NCBI GenBank assembly: GCA_965249575.1
Contig: OZ252244.1
Coordinates: forward strand, 448,001-512,000
Direction: 5' to 3'
DNA from: Gemmatimonadales bacterium
GTDB lineage: Bacteria > Gemmatimonadota > Gemmatimonadetes > Gemmatimonadales > GWC2-71-9
Length of the DNA: 64,000 nucleotides
Below, in pieces: positions 1-9,933 of this stretch. Each line of letters opens with the position of its first letter. Position 1 is the first letter of the stretch. Under the pieces are notes generated by a model, which saw only the letters and a list, made by a program, of their open reading frames with translations, was not told where the DNA came from and did not search any database. Position numbers and translations under genes: made by a program.

Positions 1-1729
1 TCGACCGCACGCCCGCAGCGCGGAATCGTTCGTGAATGCCGCGCGCGGCCTCGGCCTGGTCGTCGGTGATGGGAATGACCCGCAACTGCTCCGGCGAAAG
101 CCACAGCGGGAACGCACCGGCGTAGTGCTCGATCATCATGCCGGCGAACCGCTCGATCGTGCCCAGAATGGCGCGGTGGATCATCACCGGTCGATGCGCC
201 TTGTTGTCGGCCCCGATGTACTCGAGCTCGAACCGCTCGGGCAACTGATAGTCCAGCTGGATCGTCGTTCCCTGCCATTCGCGACCGATCGCGTCGGTCA
301 TCTTGATGTCGATCTTCGGGCCGTAGAACGCTCCACCCCCGGCATCCAACCCATAGGTGAGGCCCCGGCGGTCGAGCGCCGCGGCCAACGCTTTTTCCGC
401 CAACTCCCACGCGGCGTCCTCCCCCATCTTCTTTTCCGGCCTCGTCGCGAGATCGATCCGATACTGAAAGCCGAAGACCTGACCCAGCACGTAATCGGTC
501 AGATCGAGCATCTGGAAGATCTCTTCCTCGATCTGGTCTTCACGCAGGAAGACGTGGGCGTCGTCCATGGTCAGTCCGCGGACCCGGAGCAGTCCGTGCA
601 GCGTGCCGGAGAGCTCGTTCCGGTAGACGTTGGCTATCTCCGCGAGGCGGATCGGAAGATCGCGGTAGGAGCGCTGCCTCGACGCATAGATCAACGTGTG
701 CATCGGGCAATTCATGGGTTTCAGCCGATACCGCACGTCGTCCGATTCGCCCTCGCCGGCAGCCGTCGCGGGGAACTGCACGTGCTCGTAGAGGGGAAGG
801 TGCCCCGACCGGCGGAAGAGCTGCTCGCGGGTGACGTGTGGCGTGTATACCAAGTCGTAGCCCCGCTTCACCACCTCGCCTTCGATGAGCTGCCGCAACT
901 CGTGCTGGATGGTCGCGCCCCTGGGATGCCACAGGATCAGCCCGGGGCCCACGTCCTCGTGGATGCTGAACAGGTCGAGCTGCTTCCCCAGTGTCCGGTG
1001 ATCCCGCCGCGCCGCCTCCTCGAGCCGCTGGGTGTAGGACTCGAGGTCGGCCTTTTTGAACCACGCGGTTCCGTAGATCCGCTGCAGCATCTGCCGCCGG
1101 GAATCACCGCGCCAGTACGCTCCCGCCGCGTGCAGGAGCTTGAAGTGCTTGATGCGCCCGGTGTGCGGGACGTGAGGCCCGCGGCACAAGTCGACGAACG
1201 GCCCGTTCGTATAGACTGAGATCGTCTCGTCGTCACCCAACTCGCTGAGACGCTCGAGCTTCAGCGGGTCGTCGCGGAACTGCTTTTCGGCTTCGACGCG
1301 GTCGACTTCCTCCCGCACAAACGAATCGTCCGCTTTGACGACCTCGCGCATGCGGGCTTCGATCCTCTCGAGGTCGTCGGGTGTGAACGGTCTTTCCACC
1401 TCGAAATCGTAGTAAAAGCCGTCATCGATGGGTGGCCCGAAACCGATGTTGGCATCGGGAAACAGCTGCCGCACGGCCGTGGCCAGAACGTGGGCGGAGG
1501 AGTGCCTGAGAACCGCGAGCGCGTCGGGATCGTCTTCCGTCAGGATCTCGAGCCGAGTGTCGATGGTAATTGGCCGGTCGAGATCCCACACGTCCCCGTT
1601 GACGCGGGCGGCCACCGCGGCCTTGGCGAGCCTGGCGCCGATGTCGGCGGCGACCTCCCCCGCAGGAGTTCCGGCGGCGACTTCGCGCACGCTTCCGTCG
1701 GGGAGGGTTATGCGTATCGTCTCTGCCAT
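1..1729 (-). CDS. thrS: Threonyl-tRNA synthetase (3' end runs off the window)
   Basis: Manual minus-strand translation from ATG 1729 gives MAETIRITLPDGS (TGS domain), RHSSAHVLA, DLCRGPH, KPMNCP, GAFYGPKID, HRAILG. Absent from the ORF track because it has no stop in the window. Confidence 0.97.
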   Translation of the reverse strand, partial: MAETIRITLPDGSVREVAAGTPAGEVAADIGARLAKAAVAARVNGDVWDLDRPITIDTRLEILTEDDPDALAVLRHSSAHVLATAVRQLFPDANIGFGPPIDDGFYYDFEVERPFTPDDLERIEARMREVVKADDSFVREEVDRVEAEKQFRDDPLKLERLSELGDDETISVYTNGPFVDLCRGPHVPHTGRIKHFKLLHAAGAYWRGDSRRQMLQRIYGTAWFKKADLESYTQRLEEAARRDHRTLGKQLDLFSIHEDVGPGLILWHPRGATIQHELRQLIEGEVVKRGYDLVYTPHVTREQLFRRSGHLPLYEHVQFPATAAGEGESDDVRYRLKPMNCPMHTLIYASRQRSYRDLPIRLAEIANVYRNELSGTLHGLLRVRGLTMDDAHVFLREDQIEEEIFQMLDLTDYVLGQVFGFQYRIDLATRPEKKMGEDAAWELAEKALAAALDRRGLTYGLDAGGGAFYGPKIDIKMTDAIGREWQGTTIQLDYQLPERFELEYIGADNKAHRPVMIHRAILGTIERFAGMMIEHYAGAFPLWLSPEQLRVIPITDDQAEAARGIHERFRAAGVRS

Positions 1730-1823
1730 GCGCTGGTTTCGGTTGACGGCTATTCGGGTGCGTTGCGGGATGACCACCGCCGCGCGGGCGGCCGCGGCTA
1801 TACCGGCGGCGGCCGCAAGTCCT

Positions 1824-1829
1824 TATAAT
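1824..1829 (+). promoter_or_regulatory. Consensus -10 hexamer TATAAT in the divergent thrS / BON-valS intergenic region
   Basis: Perfect TATAAT in otherwise very GC-rich DNA, just upstream of the BON gene. No clear -35. Confidence 0.5.
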
Positions 1830-1866
1830 TCTAGCGCGTGCACTCTTTTCGTGCCATGGAGGACAC

Positions 1867-2304
1867 CTGCCGCGACACACACATGAAGATTCGAGCATCG
1901 TCGGCGACCTGCTCGTCGCAGCCCTCAGTTTTGCGGGCGGGCTGTTCGGCGGGATCGTGGCCGGGAGTCTACTCGGGCGGGTCAACTCGGACAGCCTGCG
2001 GCACGCGGTTCGCTCCCTCCGGCGCGAGGAGCGCCGCACACCCATCGATCCCGAACGGCTCGCCGACGAGGTCAATGAGGCACTCCTCGCGAACCCCGCG
2101 ACCGAGTCGCTGGACGTCTCCGTCAGGGCCGTGGACGACGATCTGCTCGAGCTCACGGGCATCGCCCCCGACGATGACGCGCGCCGGATTGCTGGCGCCG
2201 TCGCGGCCGAGGCAGCGGGCGGCGCCGTTGTGGTCAATCGCATCCTCGTCGAGGGGAGCGACGTCACCCGCCAGAAATCGGGGCCGGCTTCGGGCACGTC
2301 CTGA
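1867..2304 (+). CDS. BON-domain membrane-anchored protein (start uncertain, possibly CTG 1867)
   Basis: LADEVNEALLANP...VSVRAV...LELTG...VVVNRILV is BON-like. The frame extends upstream of GTG 1957 through a hydrophobic helix (IVGDLLVAALSFAGGLFGGIV). GGAGGA at 1858-1863. Confidence 0.7.
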   Translation: MPRHTHEDSSIVGDLLVAALSFAGGLFGGIVAGSLLGRVNSDSLRHAVRSLRREERRTPIDPERLADEVNEALLANPATESLDVSVRAVDDDLLELTGIAPDDDARRIAGAVAAEAAGGAVVVNRILVEGSDVTRQKSGPASGTS

Positions 2305-2333
2305 TTCCGGGGCCGACTCGAGAACCTGAGCAC

Positions 2334-5012
2334 ATGACCCGGGCCGCCCTCGCTCCCCAATACGATCCGTCCACGACGGAGGCGCCGGCGTACGCACGGT
2401 GGCAGGAGGCCGGCGTCTTCACCGCGAGGGCCGGGACCGAGCGCGAGCCCTACGTCATCGTGATCCCGCCGCCCAACGTCACAGCCATGCTCCACATGGG
2501 ACACGGGCTGAACAACACGTTGCAGGACGTGCTGATTCGGTTCGAGCGAATGCGGGGCCGTGAAGCCCTTTACTTGCCGGGCACTGACCACGCCGGCATC
2601 GCGACACAGAACGTCGTGGAGCGCCTGCTCGCTCAGGAAGGCAAGACGCGGCAGGATGTCGGCCGGGACGCGTTCGTCGAACGCGTATGGTCCCACGTAC
2701 ATGAGACCGGTGACACGATTCTGGAACAACTCAAGGCCATCGGCTGCTCGTGCGACTGGTCCCGGACGCGTTTCACCCTCGATGACGGATATTCCGCCGC
2801 CGTCCGCCGCGTGTTCGTGACGCTGTTCCAGCAGGGACTCGTGTATCGGGGCCACCGCATCATTCACTGGTGTCCCCGGTGCCTTACCGCTCTCTCCGAC
2901 GAAGAAGCGGAGTCCCGGGAGACCGACGGGACGCTCTACCACATCCGGTACCGCCGGGCCGGTGATGCCACGGACGGGGGCGACGTCATGGTGGCAACCA
3001 CCCGGCCCGAGACGATGTTCGGCGATATCGCCGTCGTCTATCACCCCGACGACGCCCGCTTCGAAGGCCTGCGGGGCCGGTCGGTAGAAATCCCCCTGTC
3101 GCGGCGAGTGATCCCGGTCGGCACCCATCCCTCGGTCGAACGGGAGTTCGGGACCGGCCTCCTCAAAGTCACTCCGGCTCACGACGCAAGCGATTTCGAG
3201 ATCGCTGCCGACCTGCCGGGCGACAAAAAGCCCGTCATCATGACCGAGAACGGCAAGATGGCGGATGTGGAGCGCGTGCCTGCCGATCTCCGCGGCATGG
3301 ATCGGTTCGATGCGCGCGCGCGCATCGTCGAACAGCTGAGCCAAGCCGGTCAGCTGGCCAAGAAGGAATCGCATCGCTACTCGCCCCGACATTGTTACCG
3401 TTGCGGCACCGTCGTCGAGCCGCGGCTGTCCGATCAATGGTTCGTGAAAATGCGGCCGCTCGCCGATCGGGCACTCGACGAATACCGGGCGGGACGGCTC
3501 CGGATCCTCCCCGAACGATGGGGCTCCGTCTACGAAAACTGGCTGGCCGGCATCCGGGACTGGTGCATTTCCCGGCAGCTGTGGTGGGGGCACCGGATTC
3601 CCGCATGGTATTGCGAGGGCGGATGCGGGCACGTCACCGTCGCCGAAGCCGATCCAGCTGCCTGCGAGGAGTGCGGCGGAACGGTGCGTCAGGACCCGGA
3701 CGTGCTGGACACGTGGTTCTCGTCGGCTCTCTGGCCGTTCGCGACGCTCGGCTGGCCGGAGGAGACCTCCGACCTGAAGCGGTTCTACCCCGGGCACACG
3801 CTGGTGACCGGCCCCGATATCATCTTCTTCTGGGTCGCGCGCATGGTGATGATGGGATACCACTATCTCGGCGAGCGGCCGTACCAAACGGTTGTGTTGA
3901 ACGGCATTGTCCGGGACACGCAACACCGGAAGATGTCCAAGTCGGCTGGCAACGGCATCGATCCACTGGAGGTGGTCAAGCGATTCGGCGCCGACGCCCT
4001 GCGGTACACGGTGGTGGCGGCGGCGCCGGTGGGTACGGACGTCGTTCTCGATCCGGACGACCTCGAGACCAGCTTCGCACCCGGCCGGAATTTCGCGAAC
4101 AAGCTGTGGAACGCCGGCCGGTTCGTGCTCGCGAACTTCGACGGGGAGCCAACGCCGGTCGAGAGCCTCGATGCGGCGCAGTTCGAGCTTGCGGACCGGT
4201 GGATCCTGTCGCGCACACAGCGGGCCGTAGCCGCGGCTACGGAGGCGTTCGAGCGGTTTCGGCTGAGCGACGCCGCCAACGAGATCTATCACTTCGTATG
4301 GAACGAGCTGGCCGATTGGTACATCGAGCAGGTGAAACCACGCCTTTACGGAAGCGCGCCCGGCGACGACGTCGCGCGTGGTATTCTCGCTTACGTGCTC
4401 GATACCGGCCTCCGCATGCTGCACCCCGTGGTGCCCTTCGTGACTGAAGAGCTCTGGAGCCACCTGCCCGGCGAGCGGGAGCCGCTGCTGGCCCGTGCGG
4501 CCTGGCCACGACCCATCGACCGGCTGATCGACGAAGAGGCCGAAGACCGGTTCGCGAGAGTCCAGGCGCTGGTAACCGCCGTGCGGGCTATCCGTTCCGA
4601 GTATGGCGTACAGCCGGCGCAGCTCGTCCGCGCCATGGTACAGCCGGCGAGCGTCGACGCATCGGAGTCGTTCAACGCGGAGGAGCGCACCATCCAGCGG
4701 CTGGCGAAGGTGAGCCAGTTGTCCCGCAACGGCGACACGGAGGGCGTTGGCGCTCACGCGGTCCTCCCGGACGGTTCCGCGGTCTTCGTACCGCTCGGGG
4801 ACGCCATCGACCTCGTGAAGGAGTGCGACCGGCTGGGCGCCGAGCTCGGCCGGCTCGACCGGCAGCTGGCCGGTGTCGAGGCTACCCTCAACAATCCCAA
4901 GTTCATCGCCCGCGCCCCGGCCGAAGTCGTCGAACGCGAGCGGGCAAAGGAACGGTCGTGGCGCGATCAACGCACTACTCTCGCCGAAAAACTGCGCATC
5001 TTGGGCTGCTAG
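2334..5012 (+). CDS. valS: Valyl-tRNA synthetase
   Basis: PPPNVT..LHMGH, DWCISRQLWWGH, DVLDTWFSS, KMSKS, C-terminal coiled coil. Confidence 0.98.
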   Translation: MTRAALAPQYDPSTTEAPAYARWQEAGVFTARAGTEREPYVIVIPPPNVTAMLHMGHGLNNTLQDVLIRFERMRGREALYLPGTDHAGIATQNVVERLLAQEGKTRQDVGRDAFVERVWSHVHETGDTILEQLKAIGCSCDWSRTRFTLDDGYSAAVRRVFVTLFQQGLVYRGHRIIHWCPRCLTALSDEEAESRETDGTLYHIRYRRAGDATDGGDVMVATTRPETMFGDIAVVYHPDDARFEGLRGRSVEIPLSRRVIPVGTHPSVEREFGTGLLKVTPAHDASDFEIAADLPGDKKPVIMTENGKMADVERVPADLRGMDRFDARARIVEQLSQAGQLAKKESHRYSPRHCYRCGTVVEPRLSDQWFVKMRPLADRALDEYRAGRLRILPERWGSVYENWLAGIRDWCISRQLWWGHRIPAWYCEGGCGHVTVAEADPAACEECGGTVRQDPDVLDTWFSSALWPFATLGWPEETSDLKRFYPGHTLVTGPDIIFFWVARMVMMGYHYLGERPYQTVVLNGIVRDTQHRKMSKSAGNGIDPLEVVKRFGADALRYTVVAAAPVGTDVVLDPDDLETSFAPGRNFANKLWNAGRFVLANFDGEPTPVESLDAAQFELADRWILSRTQRAVAAATEAFERFRLSDAANEIYHFVWNELADWYIEQVKPRLYGSAPGDDVARGILAYVLDTGLRMLHPVVPFVTEELWSHLPGEREPLLARAAWPRPIDRLIDEEAEDRFARVQALVTAVRAIRSEYGVQPAQLVRAMVQPASVDASESFNAEERTIQRLAKVSQLSRNGDTEGVGAHAVLPDGSAVFVPLGDAIDLVKECDRLGAELGRLDRQLAGVEATLNNPKFIARAPAEVVERERAKERSWRDQRTTLAEKLRILGC

Positions 5013-6253
5013 GGTTGGCCGTTGGGGCGTGCGCAACCGTGCAGCCCCCTCCAGGCGGCCCCCCGGACTACTGGCCCCCGGTTCTGCTGTTGACCGAGCC
5101 CGATTCGGGGACCGTGGTCGTAGGCTGGACCGACCACGTCGTGTTCCGATTCGACGAGGTAGTCACTGAGCCGAGAACGACCGAGGTCGAAAAACTGGTA
5201 ATCGTGTCGCCGCGTCATGAGGAGATCGAGTTCAGCTGGAGACGCTCCGCGCTGGCGTTCAAGCCCAAGGACGGGTGGCGGCCGGGCGCCGTCTACACCG
5301 TTGCGCTGCTGCCGGGCGTCTCTGACCTCCGCAACAACCGGCTGACGACCGGATATACCACCGTTTTTTCCACCGGAGCGCCAATTCTCGACACGCGAAT
5401 TCGGGGAACCGTCATCGACTGGGAGGCGGGGCGGCCCCTGCGCCGCCCGCTGGTTGAAGCACTCCACCTGTCGGATTCGCTGGTGTATGTCTCGAGCGGT
5501 GACTCCGCCGGCGGCTTCGAGATCCCGTATGCCCCGCCCGGCGCCTACGCCCTGTACGCCACGGCTGACCAGAACACCAACAGCCGCCGCGATCGCCGTG
5601 AGGCGTTCGACTCGGTACTGATCAGCCTCGACTCGACCACTAGCGCCACGTTGTGGACTTTTACGCACGACACGGTCGGTCCTCGACTCAGGAACAGCAC
5701 CAGCATCGATAGCATGACGATTCGGCTCGAGTTCAATCAGATCGTCGCACCCACCGGCCCGCTCTCGAGAGACGTCAGGGTTCGCCAGCTTCCGGATTCC
5801 GTCCCACTCGTCGTTTCGGCGGTCTGGCAGCAACCCACCTACGATTCCGTCAAGACCGAGCGGCAGACGCAGGCAGACTCCCTCGCGGCCGCTGCCGCCG
5901 ACTCGGCCGCCGCCGATTCACTGGCGGCCGATTCGCTAGCGGTCGCGCCTGACACTGTGGCGGCGGCCGATTCCGCGGAAACGCCGGCGCAACGTCGCCC
6001 CGAAGGGCGGGGCGGCCGGAGGCCGGGAGACGCCGCCGCGATACCGGGCGTGGGTGGTCCAGCCATCGATAGCGCGACCGCCCAGCTGATCGCCGAACGG
6101 CCACCGCTCAGCGCGATCGTCATCGTCGAGGTCGCCGAGCCATTGGAGGCGGGCGCACGATACGTGATCGACGCGAGCGTCGAGAATCTCACCGGCGCGC
6201 GGGACGAATCGCAGTCGGTTCTCGTCATGCCGGAGGCGACCGAGACACCGTGA
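4958..6253 (+). CDS. Ig-like (Big_5-type) domain lipoprotein
   Basis: Lipobox LAVGAC followed by ATVQPPPGGPPD and FRFDE...VSP motifs. GTG 4958 follows AAAGGA and overlaps the valS end. Confidence 0.8.
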   Translation: MARSTHYSRRKTAHLGLLGLAVGACATVQPPPGGPPDYWPPVLLLTEPDSGTVVVGWTDHVVFRFDEVVTEPRTTEVEKLVIVSPRHEEIEFSWRRSALAFKPKDGWRPGAVYTVALLPGVSDLRNNRLTTGYTTVFSTGAPILDTRIRGTVIDWEAGRPLRRPLVEALHLSDSLVYVSSGDSAGGFEIPYAPPGAYALYATADQNTNSRRDRREAFDSVLISLDSTTSATLWTFTHDTVGPRLRNSTSIDSMTIRLEFNQIVAPTGPLSRDVRVRQLPDSVPLVVSAVWQQPTYDSVKTERQTQADSLAAAAADSAAADSLAADSLAVAPDTVAAADSAETPAQRRPEGRGGRRPGDAAAIPGVGGPAIDSATAQLIAERPPLSAIVIVEVAEPLEAGARYVIDASVENLTGARDESQSVLVMPEATETP

Positions 6254-7587
6254 CCGACTCGCGCCGGGCCCTCCCCGCCGTCAACGCCCTGCTCGCGGAC
6301 GCCGAGCGCGCCGGACTCCTCACCAACACCCCACGAACGGTTTTGGTTCACGCAATCCGGCGGACCCTGGCACACTCCCGCCGCCAAGGCGGCGAGCCAC
6401 CCCCCGGCGGTTGGCTCCCGGCGGTGGCGGAGCGGGTCGCCACCGCCCGCCGTCCCTCGCTCATCCGAGTGATCAATGCCACCGGCGTCATCCTGCATAC
6501 CAATCTGGGACGGGCTCCGCTCCCCGAGGTGGCTCGACACGCTCTCGCCGAGGCAGCCGGGTACAGCTCACTGGAATACGACGTCGACGGCGGCACGCGC
6601 GGATCGCGGCAAGATCACCTCCGCTCCCTTTTGTGCGACCTCACCGGCGCGGAGGACGCGTTCGTCGCGACGAACGCGGCGGCGGCGCTGTTGCTCGCCC
6701 TCAACACCCTGTCGGAGGGCGGCGAAACGTTGGTCTCTCGGGGGGAGCTGCTCGAAATCGGTGGTGGGTTCCGGATACCGGAGATCCTGCGAAAGAGCGG
6801 AGCCACGCTCGTCGAGGTCGGTACCACCAACCGAACGCACCCAGGCGACTACGAGCGGGGCGCCACCCAGGCGACCCGGTGCGCCCTCAAGGTGCATCGC
6901 TCGAATTTCCGCATGAGCGGCTACGTGAGCGAGGTGAGTGTCACCGAGCTGGTGGGTTTGATGGCCGACCGGGAAGTCCCCGTCGTACACGACGCCGGTA
7001 GCGGGCTCTTGATCGACCTCGAGCCCTACGGACTCCGAGGCGAGCCGCTCGTCCAGCAGGGCGTGGCGGGAGGGGCGACCGTCGTGTTCTCGGGGGACAA
7101 ACTGGTGGGAGGCCCCCAGTCCGGAATCGTCGTCGGGCCCAGTACCGTGGTCTCGCGAGTCAAGCGAAACCCGCTGGCGCGGGCGCTTCGCCCCGACAAG
7201 TCGATCATCGCAGCACTCGAGGCGACGCTCGCTCTGTATCGTGATCGGGAGACGGCGTTGGCCGACGTCCCGACGCTGGCCATGCTCGTCGCGCGGCCGG
7301 CGGATCTCAAGCGGCGGGCGCGCCGTCTCGCCCGCCGCATTCCCTCGGCATCCGTCGAACCAGGCACGTCGTCGGTCGGCGGCGGGTCCTTCCCGGATGC
7401 GGACCTGCCGACTTCCCTCGTCACGATCGCCACCCGCTCATGCGACGACTTCCTCACCGCGCTGCGCCGGCACTCGCCCCCCATCATCGCGCGGGCTCGC
7501 GAGGGACGCGTCGCTCTGGACGTGCGCACCTTGGGGGACGAGCACTTCAAATCCGTGGCCGCCGCGGTCGCGGCGGCGCGAGGCTAG
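6250..7587 (+). CDS. selA: L-seryl-tRNA(Sec) selenium transferase
   Basis: RVINATGVILHTNLGRAPL, SRGELLEIGGGFRIPE, EVGTTNRT, FSGDKLVGGPQ. Confidence 0.96.
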   Translation: MTDSRRALPAVNALLADAERAGLLTNTPRTVLVHAIRRTLAHSRRQGGEPPPGGWLPAVAERVATARRPSLIRVINATGVILHTNLGRAPLPEVARHALAEAAGYSSLEYDVDGGTRGSRQDHLRSLLCDLTGAEDAFVATNAAAALLLALNTLSEGGETLVSRGELLEIGGGFRIPEILRKSGATLVEVGTTNRTHPGDYERGATQATRCALKVHRSNFRMSGYVSEVSVTELVGLMADREVPVVHDAGSGLLIDLEPYGLRGEPLVQQGVAGGATVVFSGDKLVGGPQSGIVVGPSTVVSRVKRNPLARALRPDKSIIAALEATLALYRDRETALADVPTLAMLVARPADLKRRARRLARRIPSASVEPGTSSVGGGSFPDADLPTSLVTIATRSCDDFLTALRRHSPPIIARAREGRVALDVRTLGDEHFKSVAAAVAAARG

Positions 7588-7594
7588 AACGGTA

Positions 7595-8242
7595 ATGCGT
7601 GTTGCGGTGCTCGCCTCCGGCAGCGGATCGAACCTGCAGGCCCTGATGGATGCCTGCCAGCGGGGCACCAGCGCCCGAGTCGTTCTCGTTGCGAGCGACA
7701 GAGCGGCGTGCGGCGCACTCGAAAAGGCCGCCGCCGCCCAGGTGACCACTCACGTCATCACGAACCCCGCGGATGCCCACGCGCTCACCGCGGTTCTCCA
7801 GCGGCACGAAATCGATCTCGTGGTGCTCGCCGGGTACCTGAAACTGGTGCCGGGGAAAACAGTCGACACGTTCCCGCAGCACATGATTAACATTCACCCC
7901 GCGCTGCTGCCGGCGTTCGGCGGGCCCGGGATGTACGGACTCAAAGTGCATCGCGCCGTCCTGGCCTCGGGTACGCGGGTGACGGGAGCCACGGTTCATT
8001 TGGTCACAACGGAGTACGACCGGGGCCAGATTGTGGCGCAGTGGCCCGTGCCCGTACTGCCTGGCGACACGCCAGACGTTTTGGCAGCGCGGGTCCTGGT
8101 CGTCGAGCACCAATTGTTGCCGGCCGTGGTCAAAGCAGCTGCCGCCGCGGGGCGGGTGGTACCGCTCGCACCCAGCGGGCCGGGTTACGCTCCGGGCGAC
8201 CCGACCGGCTTAGCCGCTGGGCTCGAGCCACACGATCACTGA
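7595..8242 (+). CDS. purN: Phosphoribosylglycinamide formyltransferase
   Basis: VLASGSGSNLQAL, VLAGYL, INIHPALLP, GATVHLV; ATG 7595. Confidence 0.96.
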   Translation: MRVAVLASGSGSNLQALMDACQRGTSARVVLVASDRAACGALEKAAAAQVTTHVITNPADAHALTAVLQRHEIDLVVLAGYLKLVPGKTVDTFPQHMINIHPALLPAFGGPGMYGLKVHRAVLASGTRVTGATVHLVTTEYDRGQIVAQWPVPVLPGDTPDVLAARVLVVEHQLLPAVVKAAAAAGRVVPLAPSGPGYAPGDPTGLAAGLEPHDH

Positions 8243-8279
8243 GATACAGAAACCAGCAACCACAGGTAGGGAATACACC

Positions 8280-9809
8280 GTGCCGCGTGCGCTCATCTCG
8301 GTTTCCGATAAGCAGGGGATCGCGGAGTTCGCCAGGGGACTCGAAGCCCTGGGCTGGGAAATCATCTCGACTGGAGGCACCGCCCGCGCCCTGTCGGGAG
8401 CCGGAGTCTCGGTGATCGGAATCGAAGACGTCACCGGGTTTCCCGAGATCCTGGACGGACGCCTCAAGACGCTGCACCCCGCCGTGCACGGTGGGCTCCT
8501 GGCTCGAAGGGATCTGCCCGCGCACATGGAGGCGTTGCGCGACCACGGCATTCAGCCGATCGACCTCGTGGCGGTCAACCTCTACCCGTTTCGGAAAACC
8601 GTGTCGCGCGGTGACGTCACCCTGGCCGAGGCCATCGAGCAGATCGACATCGGAGGACCCACAATGCTTCGATCGGCCGCGAAGAACCACGCCGCCGTCC
8701 TCGTCGTGGTCGACCCGGGGGACTATGGGCGCGTACTCCAGGCTCTCGAGGGAGACGACGTGTCCGACGAGCTCCGGCTCGAGCTGGCGGCGAAGGTTTT
8801 CGCGCACACGGCCTCGTACGACGGGGGAATCGCCACGTTTTTGAGCCGAGACGTCGATGCCCTGCCACGTTTCCTGGGCTTCACTTTGGACCGGCTCCAA
8901 TCGCTCCGCTACGGCGAAAACCCCGAGCAGCGGGCCGGGTTGTATGCCACCGAAGAAGTGGACGGTGTACGCGCGCTTGAGCAGCACGGAGGAAAGGACC
9001 TATCGTTCAACAACCTGCTGGATATCGAGGGGGCACAGCTGGCCGTTGCGCCCTGGCCGGCTCGGCCGGCCTGCGCCGTGATCAAACACACGACCCCCTG
9101 TGGAATAGCCCTCGGCGCGAGTCCGTCGGAGGCGTATCGCAGGGCGCTCGCGACCGATCCCACGTCCGCTTTCGGTTCGGTGGTGGCGTTCAGCACGGGC
9201 GTCGACGCGAAGACCGCCGAGGCCATGGCGGACCTGTTCGTCGAAGCGGTGGTCGGCCCCGCGTTCACGCCCGAAGCGATCGAGACGTTCCGGCGCAAGA
9301 AGAACCTCCGCATCGTTCAGCTTCCGCCTTCCCGCGAGGACCGTGCTCTCGACCTCAAGCGGGTGCGGGGAGGATTCCTGGTACAGGAGCGGTTTACCTT
9401 TTCGCCCAACGACGCGGAGTGGCATACCACGAGCCTGCGGGCTCCCACGGAGACCGAGTGGCGAGATCTTCGGTTCGCGTGGGCCGCGGTGGCGAGCGTC
9501 AAATCGAACGCGATTCTCCTGGCTCGGGACGAGGCCGCCATCGGGATCGGCGCGGGACAGATGAGCCGGGTAGACGCATCATTCCTCGCGGTGCACAAGG
9601 CTCGGGAGGCGGGCCACGACACGACCGGCTGCGTGCTGGCTTCCGACGCGTTCTTCCCGTTTCCCGATGGGGTGGAGGCGGCCGCCAAGGCGGGCGTGAC
9701 GGCCATCATCCAGCCGGGCGGCTCGATTCGCGACGACGAAGTGATTGCCGCGGCCAATGCGGCCGGGATCACGATGGTAGTGACCGGCGTGCGGCAATTC
9801 AGACACTAG
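8280..9809 (+). CDS. purH: Bifunctional AICAR transformylase / IMP cyclohydrolase
   Basis: ALISVSDK, KTLHP, IDIGGP, LRYGENP, ASDAFFPFPD, IQPGGSIRD. Confidence 0.98.
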   Translation: MPRALISVSDKQGIAEFARGLEALGWEIISTGGTARALSGAGVSVIGIEDVTGFPEILDGRLKTLHPAVHGGLLARRDLPAHMEALRDHGIQPIDLVAVNLYPFRKTVSRGDVTLAEAIEQIDIGGPTMLRSAAKNHAAVLVVVDPGDYGRVLQALEGDDVSDELRLELAAKVFAHTASYDGGIATFLSRDVDALPRFLGFTLDRLQSLRYGENPEQRAGLYATEEVDGVRALEQHGGKDLSFNNLLDIEGAQLAVAPWPARPACAVIKHTTPCGIALGASPSEAYRRALATDPTSAFGSVVAFSTGVDAKTAEAMADLFVEAVVGPAFTPEAIETFRRKKNLRIVQLPPSREDRALDLKRVRGGFLVQERFTFSPNDAEWHTTSLRAPTETEWRDLRFAWAAVASVKSNAILLARDEAAIGIGAGQMSRVDASFLAVHKAREAGHDTTGCVLASDAFFPFPDGVEAAAKAGVTAIIQPGGSIRDDEVIAAANAAGITMVVTGVRQFRH

Positions 9810-9933
9810 TGGAGCGCAACGGTAGTGATCGCGCCCCGTCCTCGTGGGTTGCAACCGGGGACCTCCGCACCGAATCCTCCGGCGGCCGTGTAGCCTCAAT
9901 CGAAGGCATCCGTGGGTCCTGGGACTATAACGA

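Noticed and set aside
32..5036. Long ORFs 32-1219(+) and 1422-5036(-)
   Set aside because: Antisense shadows of thrS and valS, expected in high-GC DNA.
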